Assembly: GCF_018977255.1 (NCBI RefSeq)
Contig: NW_024704743.1
Location: 21,702,001 to 21,766,000 of the forward strand
Reading direction: 5' to 3'
Source of the DNA: Callorhinchus milii
Lineage: Eukaryota
DNA: 64,000 nucleotides
The first letter of the stretch is position 1. Each line of letters begins with the position of its first letter. Positions 1 to 13,222 of this stretch are shown in pieces. The position numbers were made by a program, and so were the translations under genes. The notes under the pieces are model-generated. The model did no database searches. It had not been told where the DNA came from and saw nothing but the letters and a program-made list of their open reading frames with translations.

Positions 1-80
1 CAATATCCCCATAAACTAGCGGTTGTTGCAGATGCCTGTTGCTTTTATTATGCATTACAATGTCCTCATGAATATTTATT

Positions 81-468
81 ATAACAATAATCCTTGTGTG
101 CCTTTCATTCGGGAGGATGTTACAAAAGCTTCACAGGCTTTACTGTAAAGTTATTGCCTGTGTATTTGTTGACAAACAAGGCAGCCATTTTGCACAGAGC
201 AATGTCCCATAAACAGTCATTACGTGAATGACCAATTCTATTTGTTGGCCAGGACACCGGATGAAACTTCTGTCCCTTTTCAAATAATGTCACATGAACA
301 GATAGGTTTTAACATCTCATAGGAAGGATGGTACCTCCAACAATGCAGCACGTCCACAGCTCTGGAATGTCAGGTTAGACTATATGAATTCCAAGTCCTA
401 ACATGGGGCTTGAACCCACAACTTTCTGTCTCAGAGATGAGCGTGCTACTAACTGAGCCAGGTTGACA
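81..468 (-). mobile_element. SINE family B (tRNA head, Deu-like domain, L2 tail). Other copies: 5350-5650(-), 7965-8370(+), 11755-12065(-), 20250-20682(-), 27009-27235(+), 30925-31270(+), 48827-49155(+), 52575-52932(-), 58675-58915(-)
   Basis: Head gtcagcttagctcagttggtagc...ctctgagtcagaaggttgtgggttcaagcccc; body ctgacactccagtgcagta...ggaggtgcc..ctt..gatgagatgttaaac..ggtcctgtctgcc...taaagatccc matches the recalled Deu domain of AmnSINE1/SacSINE1. Confidence 0.85.
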
Positions 469-1900
469 CAAAGATTCAAGGGAAGCTTGGTGGAGTGACC
501 ACGCAGCCAAAAGAACTAGACTGAGATAGCCTAACCTTACTTCACATACTCGTACATGAGAAAGGTTGAGGAGACTTTCAACTCACCAAGCTGGATTCAA
601 ATCCAGGTCTCGGAAGTGAAAAGCCATGAACGTACTCATGCACCTGCTAATTTAGTTTTTTTTTAGAAAAACTTGCTTCTATAAAATGCTTCTGAAGGGA
701 TTTCTGATGGTGAGTCCCATGTTTTTAGTGCATAATTCTCTGTGTCCCACAGTCAGTAATTCATGAATTTTATACCTTCCTGACCTCTTCTGACATTTCT
801 TGCAGCTGCTCGTATGATGCAGATGTCTGGCATTTGTGACATCTGCATCATTTATATCTTATTAAAATTGAATGTACTGCAGCACTTGGAGGAACTGGAA
901 AGTGGATAGTTCTGAAAATGTCGCAGGAGCGACAAGAGTCTTCACTTCATGGCTGTTCATGCCCACACACACCCTCAGCTCCCAGCCCCAGCCAGCAATG
1001 TCAAAAGCTTTGAGACATCCTCTCGATGTGAAAGGTGCTACAAAATTGAAATTGTATTGTATTAATTGTGGGATTTTGCTGTGCGCAAATTGGCTCAGAG
1101 TTCACCTAAAAAATACGCAGCCACCACACCTTACGAAATCCTGCGAAACGCTTGGAGATATCCTCCTCCTGGCATGAAAAGCGCGATATCAAATGCAAAG
1201 ATTAGTATTATTTTTAATCATCAAATCACAAGCGACGAATATGGTTAAAATGTAGATAGAAAACAGAAATGTTTCAAAATAAGACCTGTAACAGCGGAAC
1301 GAGTGGGTGAGTCAGCAGGGCTTGTGACACCGCCCTCCCCAATCACACTGAGGTACTGACCCATTTACCTGTACGTTTTGGCAAACCCGGTGCTATTTTC
1401 AACCGCCCACAGCCTGGCCACTGATAAACTGGCAGCCCAGTCTGTCAATCAGAGCCATGTTAGGCAACGGCAGAGTGGTGGAGCCAAGTCAATCCCACTC
1501 CCAATTCTTCGAACCTAGATCTGCCACTGTATAAATCTCTCTGAAATCAGTATGAAGTCATTATTCACTGCTAGCATTGCTGGGTGGTAATCATGACTGG
1601 GTATCTGTATAATACAATGAGTATATACAATTATAATATTATAATACAACTATAAGTAAACCAATTGTGGGGGTTTCAAAGGGTTTCACAAAATATACAG
1701 TCAATTCACTATACAGTATATTATGTGAAGCTTTGAGATGTCTCAACTACTTGATAAGGCGCTATATCAAATGCAAGGATTGTTATTATTTTTACAGAAT
1801 CAAACAGCAATGTGATGGGTCTGAGATGCTATCGGCAAACAAAAAAGCAGAGAGTGAAACAAACAAAAGTGGCTCCAAAAGCGAACACATGCATTGCTAT

Positions 1901-3255
1901 CAACAACAACAACAACGAAATTACATTTATAGAGCACCTTTTACGTCGAGAGGACGTCCCAAAGCGCTGAACAGTCAGATGTCGGGGCCCGAGCATTGGG
2001 GAGGGGTGGTGTAGGGGTGAGGGACGGCAGAGAGGTGGGAGGGACCAAAGGCACGGACGAAGAGAAGAGTCTTGAAGGATGCAAGGGAGGAAGCGAGGCG
2101 AAGGGACCGTGGGATGGAGTTCCAGAGTGTGGGGGCAGAGAGACTGAAAGCTCGGCCACCGATGGTTGGGCGGGTCGGGCGGGAGACATGGAGCAGGCCC
2201 GAGCCTGATGAGCGGAGGGAGCGGGCAGGTTGGTAGGGAAACAACAGATCGAGAGGTAGGAGGGGGCAAGGCCATGGATGGCCTTGAAGGTGAGGACGAG
2301 GATCTTGAACTCCATCCTCTGGGGGATGGGGAGACAGTGGAGTCGGGCGAGGGTGGGAGTGATGGGGTCGCGGAGCCTGGTGCGTGAGAGTACACGAGCT
2401 GCAGAGTTTTGGATGATCTGCAGCTTGTGAAGGGAAGAGTTGGGAAGGCCGATGAGGAGGGAGTTCCCGTAATCGAGCCTTGAGGTGATGAATGCGTGGG
2501 TGAAGGTTTCGGCAGCCTGAGGGGTGAGGCAGTGGCGGAGTCTGGCAATGTTGTGGAGGTGGTGGTAGGCAGTGCTGGTCATGGCGCGGATGTGGGGGAG
2601 AAAGGACAGTTCAGAGTCCAACAAGACACCCAGATTCCTGACTGGCTTAGTGAGGTTGAGTGTGCAGCCGTGGAGGCTGATGCTGCCAGCACCTGAGGTG
2701 TGGAGGCGCTGCCATGAGCCAATCAGGAGGGCCTCGGTCTTGCTGGCGTTCAGCTGGAGAAAGTTGGTCCTCGTCCAGGACTTGATGTCGGACAGGCAGT
2801 CGGTCAGGACCACAGTAGTCCTGGAGTTCAGGGTGGAGGCAGAGAGGTAGAGTTGGATGTCATCTGCATACATGTGGAAATTTACCCCAGTCCCGCCTGC
2901 CCATCCTGCCCTACCATGTCTGCAGATGATGTCACTAAGGGGGAGCATGTAGGGGGTGAAGAGGAGGGGACCGAGGACAGAGCCCTGAGGAACACTGAAC
3001 AAGACGGTTCGGGGGCTGGAGGAGAAACCGTTTGCTGCGACAAAGTGGAGGTGGTGTGAGAGGTAGGACCTGAACCAGTCAAGGACAGAACCTTGAAGGT
3101 TGAGGTGAGAGGAGAGGCGGTGGAGGAGGATTGAGTGGTCCACGGTGTCAAAGGCGGCGGAGAGGACGAGGAGGATGAGGAGGCAGAGGGAATCCTGGTC
3201 ACACATGGTCAGGATGTCGTTTGTGACCTTGACCAAAGCAGTTTCCAGAACCATC
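1901..3255 (-). mobile_element. L2-clade LINE, 5'-truncated; RT domain and C-terminus still open (438 aa ORF)
   Basis: ETALVKVTNDI, LSAAFDTVDH, VPQGSVLGPLLF, HMYADD, SRLDYGNSLL and WNSIP motifs; ends in a (TTG)n tail. Confidence 0.95.
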
Positions 3256-4314
3256 AATTTGATGTATCTGAGCAGAAGCTCTTGACTGACATCCCTGGAG
3301 GAAGCCTACTTCATTATTTAACTTAGCAAATGTGGATTGAGTGACCTAAAACATGATTTTCACAGAGTCTATTGAATGAACTTTGCATTCACACACATGA
3401 TTCATAACATATCGTGAAAGACAATCTCTTTAATTAAGGGTAGCATTCAATACTTTCTGAGATAGTTCTATTCACTGCAACAGCACTGATGTAATAAGCT
3501 GAAAGGCCTCCTTCTCTGCTATAAACGTTTTATGAGGAAATAATTCATTTGATTGCTATTTAGACCCCGGTCTTTTTACAAACAGTATAATTTACATTTG
3601 CATAGCGCATTTCACCACAGTCGATCAGCTTATAGTGCTTTACTTTGGCTGTGCACCTGAACTGGAGAAGGGATTGCTGAAGAGGGTGGGTGGGCGGGTG
3701 GGTTTGGGTGTGGGGGTAGAAGATGACTAATAGCCCGTTTAAATAGGTAAAGAGGGTGGGAGGGAGGGAGGGGGCTAGTTGGAGGTACTCCTGGATGGAA
3801 TTCCTGAGAGCTGGGACCGAATGTTACAGTTCCCACCATCACAATGTAAAGACCCGAACAAACCCCCAAGTTGAGAGTTCCACAATTGCCACCAAACATG
3901 GAAATTACCTGGAGTGGAATGCATACTCTCACCCAGGGCGGGGAAGGCATTCTGCTTACCTAATTCCACAGAGTATTAGACACAGGTTGGCAAGAGCCAA
4001 TATGCAATATGGTATCTAATACAATGTACAATATTTTATCTGATAGAAATAATAAATAATCCTTGCATTTGATGTAGCACCTTATCACGTTGTTGAGATG
4101 ACTCAAAGCGCTTCACAGAATATACTGAAAAGTGAATTGACTGTATATTTTGTGAGTGGAACTGTATTATTGCATACAATATTGTATATAGCGCCACAAT
4201 ACATAATATTGTTATTATATTGTAGTATAAAATATAATAATAATAAGTTTCATAACGTTGGAACTGGGGATGGTTAGTTTGGTTCCTTGGGTTGTGGTGT
4301 TGGGAACTGTGACA

Positions 4315-5000
4315 TTCAGCTGTCCTTTCTCCCTCACATTTGTGCCATAACCCGCTCTACCTTCCCCCACCTCCACAATATTGCCCAACTCTGCCACTGT
4401 CGAAATCCTCAGGCTGTCAAAGCCCTCATACATGCCTTCAATACAACTAGGCTTGACTATGCCAACGCCCTACTCTTCAGCCTTCCCTCCACAAGCTGCA
4501 GATCATCCAGAACTCTGCAGCTCATGTCGTCTCCTGCACCAGGCTCCATAACCGCATCACACCCATTCTCGCCCAGCTCCACTGGCTCCCCATCCCTCAA
4601 AGGATCGAGTTTAAAATTCTCATCATCACCTTCAAAGCCCTCCATGGCCTTATCCCCTCCTACCTCTCTGACCTGCTAACCCCTTATCAACCTGCCCGCA
4701 CCCTCCGACCATCAGCGGTCGGGCCTTCAGTCTCTCTGTCCCCAATCCTCTGGAACTCTATCCCATATTCCCTTTACCTCGCTCCCTCCCTTGCCTCCTT
4801 CAAAGCACGCCTCAAGTCCCTTCTCTTCAAACGGTACCATTGGCCACCCTCCTACCCCTACACTCCCTGCCCTCCACCCTCCCCGATCCCAACCCCCTCC
4901 CCCACTGCTCAGGTCCTAATCCCTCACTGTTCAGCGCCTTGGGACATCCTCCTGATGTGAAAGGCGCTACACAAATGTAATTTTGTATTGTATTGTATTC
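4315..5000 (+). mobile_element. L2 LINE 3' fragment
   Basis: QLSFLPHI...RLDYANALL frame and L2 terminus aggcgctacacaaatgtaattttgtattg. Confidence 0.9.
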
Positions 5001-7231
5001 TTACTTTAATTATGCTTTCTAAGGGAAAAGCAAAATTTCACACAAGCAAAGTTCTCTGAGGCGCCAACTGAGATTAAATTAGTTCTGCAGAAGCACAGAG
5101 AAGGTAGCAGGAGGCAATGTGCACTCAGCAGGAACCTTTTAGCATATATTCATTGAAAAGGACCATTAAAGTCCTTTTTTTAAACCAATTTTCAACATAA
5201 ATACCTATTGTTTTGGTAAATCGATAAAAAATGTAATTTGTTCCTGATTGGTCCTCAATGATAGTGCAAAATTAGCTCTTCCACTAACTATGTCATGTGA
5301 TATTGAGGTTCAAATAGTTTAGCTTAAACTGGTCAAAACTATTTAGTACTAATAATACTTACATTTGATATAGCACCTTATCATTTCAAAATGCCTCAAA
5401 GCGCTTCTCAGAGTTCTTCTGTGAAGTGTATTGACTGTGTATAACTGTAATTGTAGGCAGACTTGGCTGTCAATTTGTCCTACCAACAACCATAATGTGA
5501 GTGACCATTTTTTTTGATCTGGAGAATTGCTGGCCAGGACACCAGGAGAAATTCCCTTCTCTTTTTTGGATAACGGCCATGGGATCCTGAAATCCACCTG
5601 AACAGGCAGATGGAACTTGGTTTAATGTCACATCTGCTGTATTGGACCAATGTCCCCAATTGGGCTGTATTCACAACTTTATTCAGGAAAAGTAATCTCA
5701 AAGACTATTGGATAGACACTCTGATCTATTATATCAATAGGGCAATTTACAAAATCCTCTCATACAATGCTGTGGAAGCACTGTACACATAGAGAGGTTG
5801 GGATAGAATTAACAGAAGAGACATCTGGTATTAAGTGTTGCACAGTTACAAGAACCAAGCCTGGGGAGAAGAAATCACTGTTTCCGCCTCCGTGTTTGAT
5901 TTTGTCAATGATAATGATATATTGCGTATCCAAGAATAACTGGCTTTGCTGACTCATATTCTTGATCTCTTATAATGATTCTATAAAAGAGCAGTAATCT
6001 GCAGCCAGAGAAGTGGAGTGGGAGGGACACTGACAGAATGATTCAAGATTTCGTAAAGGGCGAGACAGGCCCGAGTAATCTTGCCACTTCTGTTCAACTT
6101 GTGCTGAAAATATATTTTAAGACATGTGCCAGAAATAGCTGGTAGTAGGAGAATAATGGACAATACATTGATGTGAAACACAAGTTCTGCCTTGCATTAG
6201 CTATCTGATATAATGCATTTCTTCAGTGTTTCACATTCAGAAAACATCAGTGTAATACTGAGAACTGTTAGTAATCCTGTTAGTAAAGTCTGCGTAACGT
6301 AAGTATTTTGTTATAACTGTAAAAAACACCTATACAGCACAAGTGATCAAACATAAACATCTTAGCTACCATTTTGACCGTGCTTTTGGTCATCTTTCCC
6401 CTCCCCATCAACTTGTATACTTGTTAGTGGCGTGCTGTAGCTCAGTGGTTAGAGCACTCGCCTCACAAGCAGAGGACCTGGGTTTGATTCCCGGGCTGGG
6501 CGAAACGTTGAGCAAGTTTCCTTGCTCCACACACCTCTGTTTACCTAGCAGTAAGTAGGAACCCAGTTGTCAGTTGATTGGCGAAGAGTGACATTTAAAT
6601 GTGGAATCTCTCATCACAAAAGGTTCTTAAAGACTTGTATACAACAGTGAAAAGGAGTTGGACAATAATTATTATATTTCTCTTGTACCTTTCTTTGCAG
6701 CCAAATACACTCTGCGAGGATGTCTCAAAGCACTTTGCAGGATATATTGTGAAGTGGAGCGACTATATTTTGTGGCTTTATGGTTAGTTGACCACTATAT
6801 ATACACACATAGTAAAGGTAATGCTATGGGGAAGGGCTACTTTTAGTTGAAATTGTCCTTCTTACTTTTTCAGAGAGTCACAAAGAACGATACAGAACAG
6901 AAATAGGCCATTCAGCCTTTGTACTCCAGGCAAGCATCCACCTGTCCTATTCACCTCACTTTTCCTTTTTCATTAATGTAAAGATGTGCTTCTCCTATAA
7001 AATCCAGGGCACAGACACTGAATACCCACCACAGAGCCTTATGGGGGAAAAAAAGATCGACCTGTTTTTCTAAATGGATTTTAATCTTGATGCTCCTGAG
7101 TGCAGTGCTCTTATGCTATGACTGTCATGACTGACAGCGCCAGCTTGAGCAGAACAGAAATACAAGATCACTGTCAATTCTTCAGCAAATTTTCTTTTTT
7201 ATTAAGGCGGAATGGAAATTAATCTTCTCTC

Positions 7232-7235
<4 letters not shown>

Positions 7236-7267
<32 letters not shown>
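7236..7267. repeat. (TC)n microsatellite
   Basis: Direct read. Confidence 0.95.
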
Positions 7268-7268
<1 letters not shown>

Positions 7269-10200
7269 AGCGATTTATTTTGGTGGGCATTATAACATTG
7301 AAAAAAATAAAATGGGATCTGTCAGCTTTAAAGAAAGGGCACACAATTTCCACTTGACTGTAAACGCTCGTTCCAAAGACATTTTGTCAGTGAATAAGGC
7401 ACAGCTAGAAAATAAGTTGTATCTTTCCAGCAAGAAAAGTAACTTGGCTCAGGTTCAGAGGCTCTTTGAGCTACAATAGCAAATACAGCTACTCCAGCTC
7501 TTAACAGAGAAGAAATCTGGCATACACGCTATTATTTTCTCCAAGGCTAAATAGTTAATTTTACATCTAAATCTATGTATCCTTGTGCATAATTCATTTT
7601 TCTCAGAAGAATTGGTCTGAATAAATCATTTAAAAAAAAAGTCAAATTCAATTTAGTTTTTAAAAAATTAATGTTAATGCAGGGTCCCGTTCTGTCAGTG
7701 CGTGGGGCTATTTGAATAAAATATTTCTCCAGGAGTAAGGCCTAAGCAGTTTTTATGGATGCAGTCTGTTTTTAGAATGGTCACCTGCAGTCCTGTAAGG
7801 GACTTAGAAGAAACTGAAGTGAGAAAAATCCCCCAAAGGAGCTTGAAGTTACTTTAATGTCACAATATATGTCACAAACTACTTATGGTATTTATTTAGA
7901 TTATTGGTCAAAATGAATAAAGGAATAAAATTACCTTTCACATTCTCGATAGTTTGAAGATGTGATGTTAGCTTTGCTTAGTTGGTAGCATCCTCGCCTA
8001 TGAGTCAGAAGGTTGTGGGTTCAAGTCCAATATTTGGATTTTCAGCTCACGCTCCAGACTAATACTCAATACAGTGCATGGGAAGCACTGTATTGTTGGA
8101 GGTGCCTTCCTTCGCATGAGTTGTTTAAACCAAGGTCCTGTCTGCCTGCTCAGGTTGACATTAAAGACCACTTGGTGTTATTTGAAAAGAGAAAGGGGTT
8201 TCTCCCATTGACCTGGTCAACAATTCCTCCATATAAAATTGATCATTCATTTCATGGCTTGTTAGTGGGACATTGTTGTGTGCACATTGCCTTCTGTGTT
8301 CGGCTACAAAATACGCAAGATAAATTGCATGAAGTGCTTTTAGATATCCTCCTGACTTGGAAGGCATGATAACAAATATGATGGATGATGATTATGCCCA
8401 ATAATTCAAGCATATGACCCCAGGAAGCAGGAAGAAGATTTCAAAATGGATCCCAAAGTGGAAATGAAATAAGGGAAACTGGTTAGTGCACAATTTGTGT
8501 TTTCATCACTTCTACATGTCATGTGTTATGTATGTATTGTACTTTAATATACGTTCTGTTTGTATTGCCCAAAGGAAGGGGAGCAGGAGGGGGAATGCCG
8601 AAATCCGATCAAATAAAATCAAAAGTCTCACTGTGGGGCTTGAGCTCACAACCATCTGACTCAGAGGCAAAAATACTATCAACTGAGGCAGGCTGACATC
8701 TAAATTGTAAGGATTATTAGGGGAATGAAAGATTTGCCAAGTATGGTTGCAGTTTTAAAAGTAATATAGAACATGCAAGTTTCTTCAAACTAAAATAGAT
8801 GAAGAGGAAAATAACAAAGTAAAATATTTTTTACAACACTTTTCATTATAGAACATGGTGGGAAACTGTTGAGGAGGAAGTGGGCAGGAGATGCATTGAA
8901 GCTTACAGAAGAACAAATTAGTAATGAAATGGATTTTGAGAAACAAGTGCTGAATTGTCATAGAGCTACACGACTCAATGGAATGCATCCAAAAATACTT
9001 AAGGAAATGGCAGTAAAATTGGACATGCATAGTTTTATTTATTTGCAGAAAATTACAGGAGAAATAAAGTCTAGGAGTATTTCCTTCACAGTACAGAGGA
9101 GAGTAACATGTCTGAGGGATGAGTTCTAAGGGTATATCACACTATGCCAGGCAGCATCCCAGACTGCTTAACAATGGTGGAGATCGATGCTGAGCCAGGG
9201 GGAGGGGGAAGGTGACCATAGGCACAGTCGAAGAGGAAGGTCTTGAGGCGCACTCTGAAAATAGGGAAAGAGGGGGCAAGGCGAAGGGATTAAGGGAGAG
9301 AGTTCCACAGCTTCAGGGCATAGTGGCTGAAGCCATGGCGGAGCGGAGGATTCAAGGGACAAGGAGGAGCCGGAGCCAGTGGAGTGGAGGCAGCAGGTAT
9401 TGCTGTGTGACACAGGAAGAAACCCATATCAATACTTTTAGATACGCTAAACCAGCAAGTGGAGAGGGTACAGGCTTTCTGTTCTTGATTGTTATTTAAT
9501 GAGCCCTGTTGGAAAGTGTACCAGTATGCACATTTGAAGAGCACACCATTAGGTTTGGTTGTGATGCCTCCGGATGTAAAGGCTATTCTCACTAGTGAAG
9601 CTGACTCTGCAGCCTTGGATACCTGGTTCTTATGTCGGAGCCTTTGAATGTCAGTTAGTAAGTATCTGACTTCTTTTGAATTTTGGGTAGTATGAAATTG
9701 CAAAGGAAGTGAAGAGTTTGTAGGTACATGTAAGGGAGAAATGGTCAAAGTGGGCAAAGGAAGGCATGCTTAGCAGGTATGACTGGGTGAAGAAGGCAGC
9801 TATGTATCACAATATTATTAATCCTTGCATTTGATATAGTGCCTTATCACGTCGTTGAGATACCAAAGTGCTTCACAGAATATACTGTAAAGGGAATTGA
9901 CTGTGTATTTTGTGGGCGAAACGTGGCAGCCAATTGCTCACAGAGGTAGCCCTTAAACAATGATGGGATGAGTGACCTTTTTTATTGGAGGATTTATTAC
10001 GCCCAGAAAGCAATCCACCAATCGACTAACAACCGCGTTCCTACTTATTGCTCGGTAAACAGAGGTGTGTGGAGTAAAGAATCTTGCCTAAGGTTTCTCC
10101 CTGCCTGGGAATCAAACCCGGGTGCTCTCGCTTGAGAGGCGAGTGCCCTAACCTGACTTGTACGAGACTCCTATGATTAATGAGAGAGGTAATCCTGTTC

Positions 10201-11344
10201 TGGTTCTGGATATTAAGATCATCTTTTTCACTGCAGGAGGTGTTGACGCTTTCCATATTCAATTATGGAATAAATTGAAAAGGTTCTCTGGATTGACAAT
10301 ATAATTTTAAGAATAGCACTGGCCAATTAAAACAAACAGGTTTTTGACACAATCCATATGATCGAGCACCCTGACTTCTGAATTCCTGGCCATTGATTTT
10401 CCATTTGAACTAAGATGTCTCCTTTTGTTTTCTTTATCTTTTTTACACTTGACTCGAGTGTTCTGGAGTTAAAGGTCACATCCCATCCTTGTCAATTTGT
10501 CCTTTTCTTTGCTGGCATTTTTACAATCGCTTTCTTCTAATCTGAAGACCACAGTTAAAGCGAAGGCATGCTGCGCAAATGAATCTATTCTCACAATGAA
10601 GCAGATGCCCTCTCTCTGGGGAATGGGCTTGCAGGGTTGATGACAAGCCTGTTCCTCTTCAGATGGAGGAAGTGCAAATTATCTTCCTGAGAAGCAGGAG
10701 GTGTGAGGATTCGGGTTCACCTCGGCCAGCGTATTACCACTCGAAGGCATGTTTTCATTATCACATTAAGCAAAGCTCTTTCTTATCAGGAGGAGCCCAT
10801 GCTTACCACTGGGAACTGGAATCATCACTCAAACCACAATCTGTTGGCTTTTCTGTACGTTTCTTTCTCTCCCACCTGCTCTGCTTTTCAGCAACATACA
10901 CTAGTTTCGAAACATATTATGTGGAATTCAGTTGCGAACTGTCACCGACTGATTGTACTAATACAACTGGGAATTCATTCCACTTCTGTACAAAAAGGTT
11001 TTTCAAGGGAAGGTAAAAGCAAACACTCTTAAGACACTGCTTGGTTTGTTTAGGCATCAGTCTAGAGATCAATGCATAAAGTAATGGAGCGTGAACCGAA
11101 TTCCCGTTTCCTACTGCATGAACCATTGAATTTCTCCTGATTGAATTACTATTTATGTTCCGACCACCTATACGTCAGCCTGAATTCAATCACTTGAAAT
11201 TTCCTTCCTCTTCCTCCGAACCTCACTGAATCAGCCCAGGTAGCCCTTAAAATCATTTACTTATATCGAAGCCGGATTTCCCAGTTCTGCATTGAAGTAA
11301 AATATAGGTTAACTTCTACGCCCTATTCCCACTCAGTTCTATGC

Positions 11345-11580
11345 TCCCTTGTATGAAGGCTGTCAGGAGTCAGCCAGTCATGTCCTTCCCTTTGACGGTG
11401 ATTGACAGCCGTTGCCCAGCCATGTGCCTTCATCTGATGAAGATTGGCAGTTAGTCACATTCTTCCCTTTAATGAAGATTGGCAGAAGTCACACACTTTT
11501 ATGAATTCAACGGAATGAAGTCTGACAGCAGTCAGTTAGCCATGTCCCTCTCTTTAATGTAGATTTGCAGGAGTCGCACC
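11345..11580. repeat. Degenerate minisatellite, about 6 units of 35-45 bp
   Basis: Unit core ccctttaatgaagattggcag(g)agtca..gccatgt recurs near 11346, 11388, 11428, 11465, 11513 and 11550. Confidence 0.75.
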
Positions 11581-12806
11581 AACAAAACTCTTTCTCGTTT
11601 TTTACTTTGTTTGTATGCAAGGTTAATCCACCCAATCTTTTACCACTGTTTAATGCAGCTAGCTAGNTTTTTTAATATCAATGCTCAAAGTTAGGTTTCT
11701 TCCAGTTACATGCCAATGGAACCAGGGATTGATGAGATTCTTTATTAATAATAATATTTTTCGCATTTTATATAAACAAAGCACTTCATAGGATTTACTA
11801 TAAATATATTTTATGAGATAACACAGGGAGAAGCGTCATTTCTTTTGTAATAGTGCTGTGGGATCTTTACCATCCACCTGAACAACGGGATCTTGATTTA
11901 AAGTCTTATCCAAAAGGACATCACCTCCAACAAAATAGCAAACCCCCAGCATTGCATTGGAGTGTCAGCATAGACCATAAGGGTTGAAAGTCCTGACATG
12001 GGGGTGGAACCCACAACCTTCTGACTCATCGAGTCAAGAGTGCTACCAACTGAGCCAGGCTGTCACACCTTTTCTATCAATCCAACAGCTCAAAATAATG
12101 GTAGATTTCTGGTTCATCAAGTTACTGCTGATGTCACGTCCTGTGTGCTACACATTCGCCAGACATGAAGTGATATCGGCAGCAAAACCCAGTAATCAGC
12201 TATTTTGATTGTCAGCAGGTCGGAGTTGATGTGACTCCTACAAATCCACATTAAAGAATTCGACATGACCTTCTAACTGCTTTGGAAGTTGGGGTGTGCA
12301 TATGCCCCGTGAATGCAGTCCACACCGCAATGTTTTCTAACTAAATCTGCATTAAACAGCTGTGTCACAGAGATACGTAATAGCTGAACCAGAAACAGTC
12401 ACCCAATTTATGTTAGCAATAAGCATTTTGTATAATTATTTACTGTATATCCCTTCTGCTGAAGCAAATATGTCTGAATCATAAGTGCGTTTTTCTTTGA
12501 CAGAGAAACATCTGATTTAATTATCTTAATTTCAATTTGTTTGCGTACAAATACACCTCACGACACTTGGCAGCATTTACCAGTGAAGTGCTTTTAAGAT
12601 TTTTCACCATTATAGGCATATCAGATGCAAGGAATATCAAACAAAAATAGTCATTCTTGCACCGGGATTCACCTCTGAGTGAGAAACTTGCCAGTGTGCC
12701 AGCCGCTGGTCGCGGAATGTACTTTCGTCTGTTTGTATATCTTGTCCATTTGTACGGTTGGCTATAAGTACTGTGAGAAAGAAAATACTTCTAGTGTCTA
12801 AACACT

Positions 12807-13222
12807 GTGGAATCCTGTAGCTCAGTGGTCTGGAGTCCTGTAGCTCACTCGTCGGGCAAGCAGGAGACCTGAGTTCAATTCCCGGCAGGGCGAAATGTTG
12901 GGCAAGTTTCCTTACTCCACACGCCTCTGTTTACCTAGCAGTAAGTAGGAACCCAGTTATTAGTCGATTGGCAGATCGCTTTTCCGGGGGTAATAATTCC
13001 TTCAAAACAATAATAATAACAGTAATAAATCGGTCACTTCAATCCATGATTGTTTGTGGGACATTGCTGTGCGCAATTGGCTGCCGCGTTTTGCCCACAA
13101 AATATACAGTCAATTCACTTTACAGTATATTCTGTGAAGCACTTTGAGATGTCTCAAAAATGTGATAAGGCGCTACATCAAAGGCAGTGATTATTATTAT
13201 TATTATCATTATTATTATTATT
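12807..13222 (+). mobile_element. SINE family A (tRNA-Ala-like head, CORE-like body, L2 tail), full length with a duplicated head start
   Basis: A box tagctcagtgg, B box gagttcaattccc, body ttgggcaagtttccttactccacacgcctctgtttacctagcagtaag, (TTA)n tail. Confidence 0.9.

Noticed and set aside
1941..3257. 438-aa ORF as a host gene or novel reverse transcriptase system
   Set aside because: It is a 5'-truncated L2 ORF2 with no endonuclease, a small insertion before YADD, a substituted catalytic-region motif (LVLSAAFD for LDLSAAFD) and a frameshifted C-terminus.
11345..11580. CRISPR-like array or hammerhead (CTGATGA at about 11434)
   Set aside because: Units are degenerate with no unique spacers and no cas genes, the context is eukaryotic, and no stem II/GAAA follows the CTGATGA.
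11667..11667. Single n bases at 11667 and 40433
   Set aside because: Both precede T homopolymers, so they are likely assembly ambiguities.
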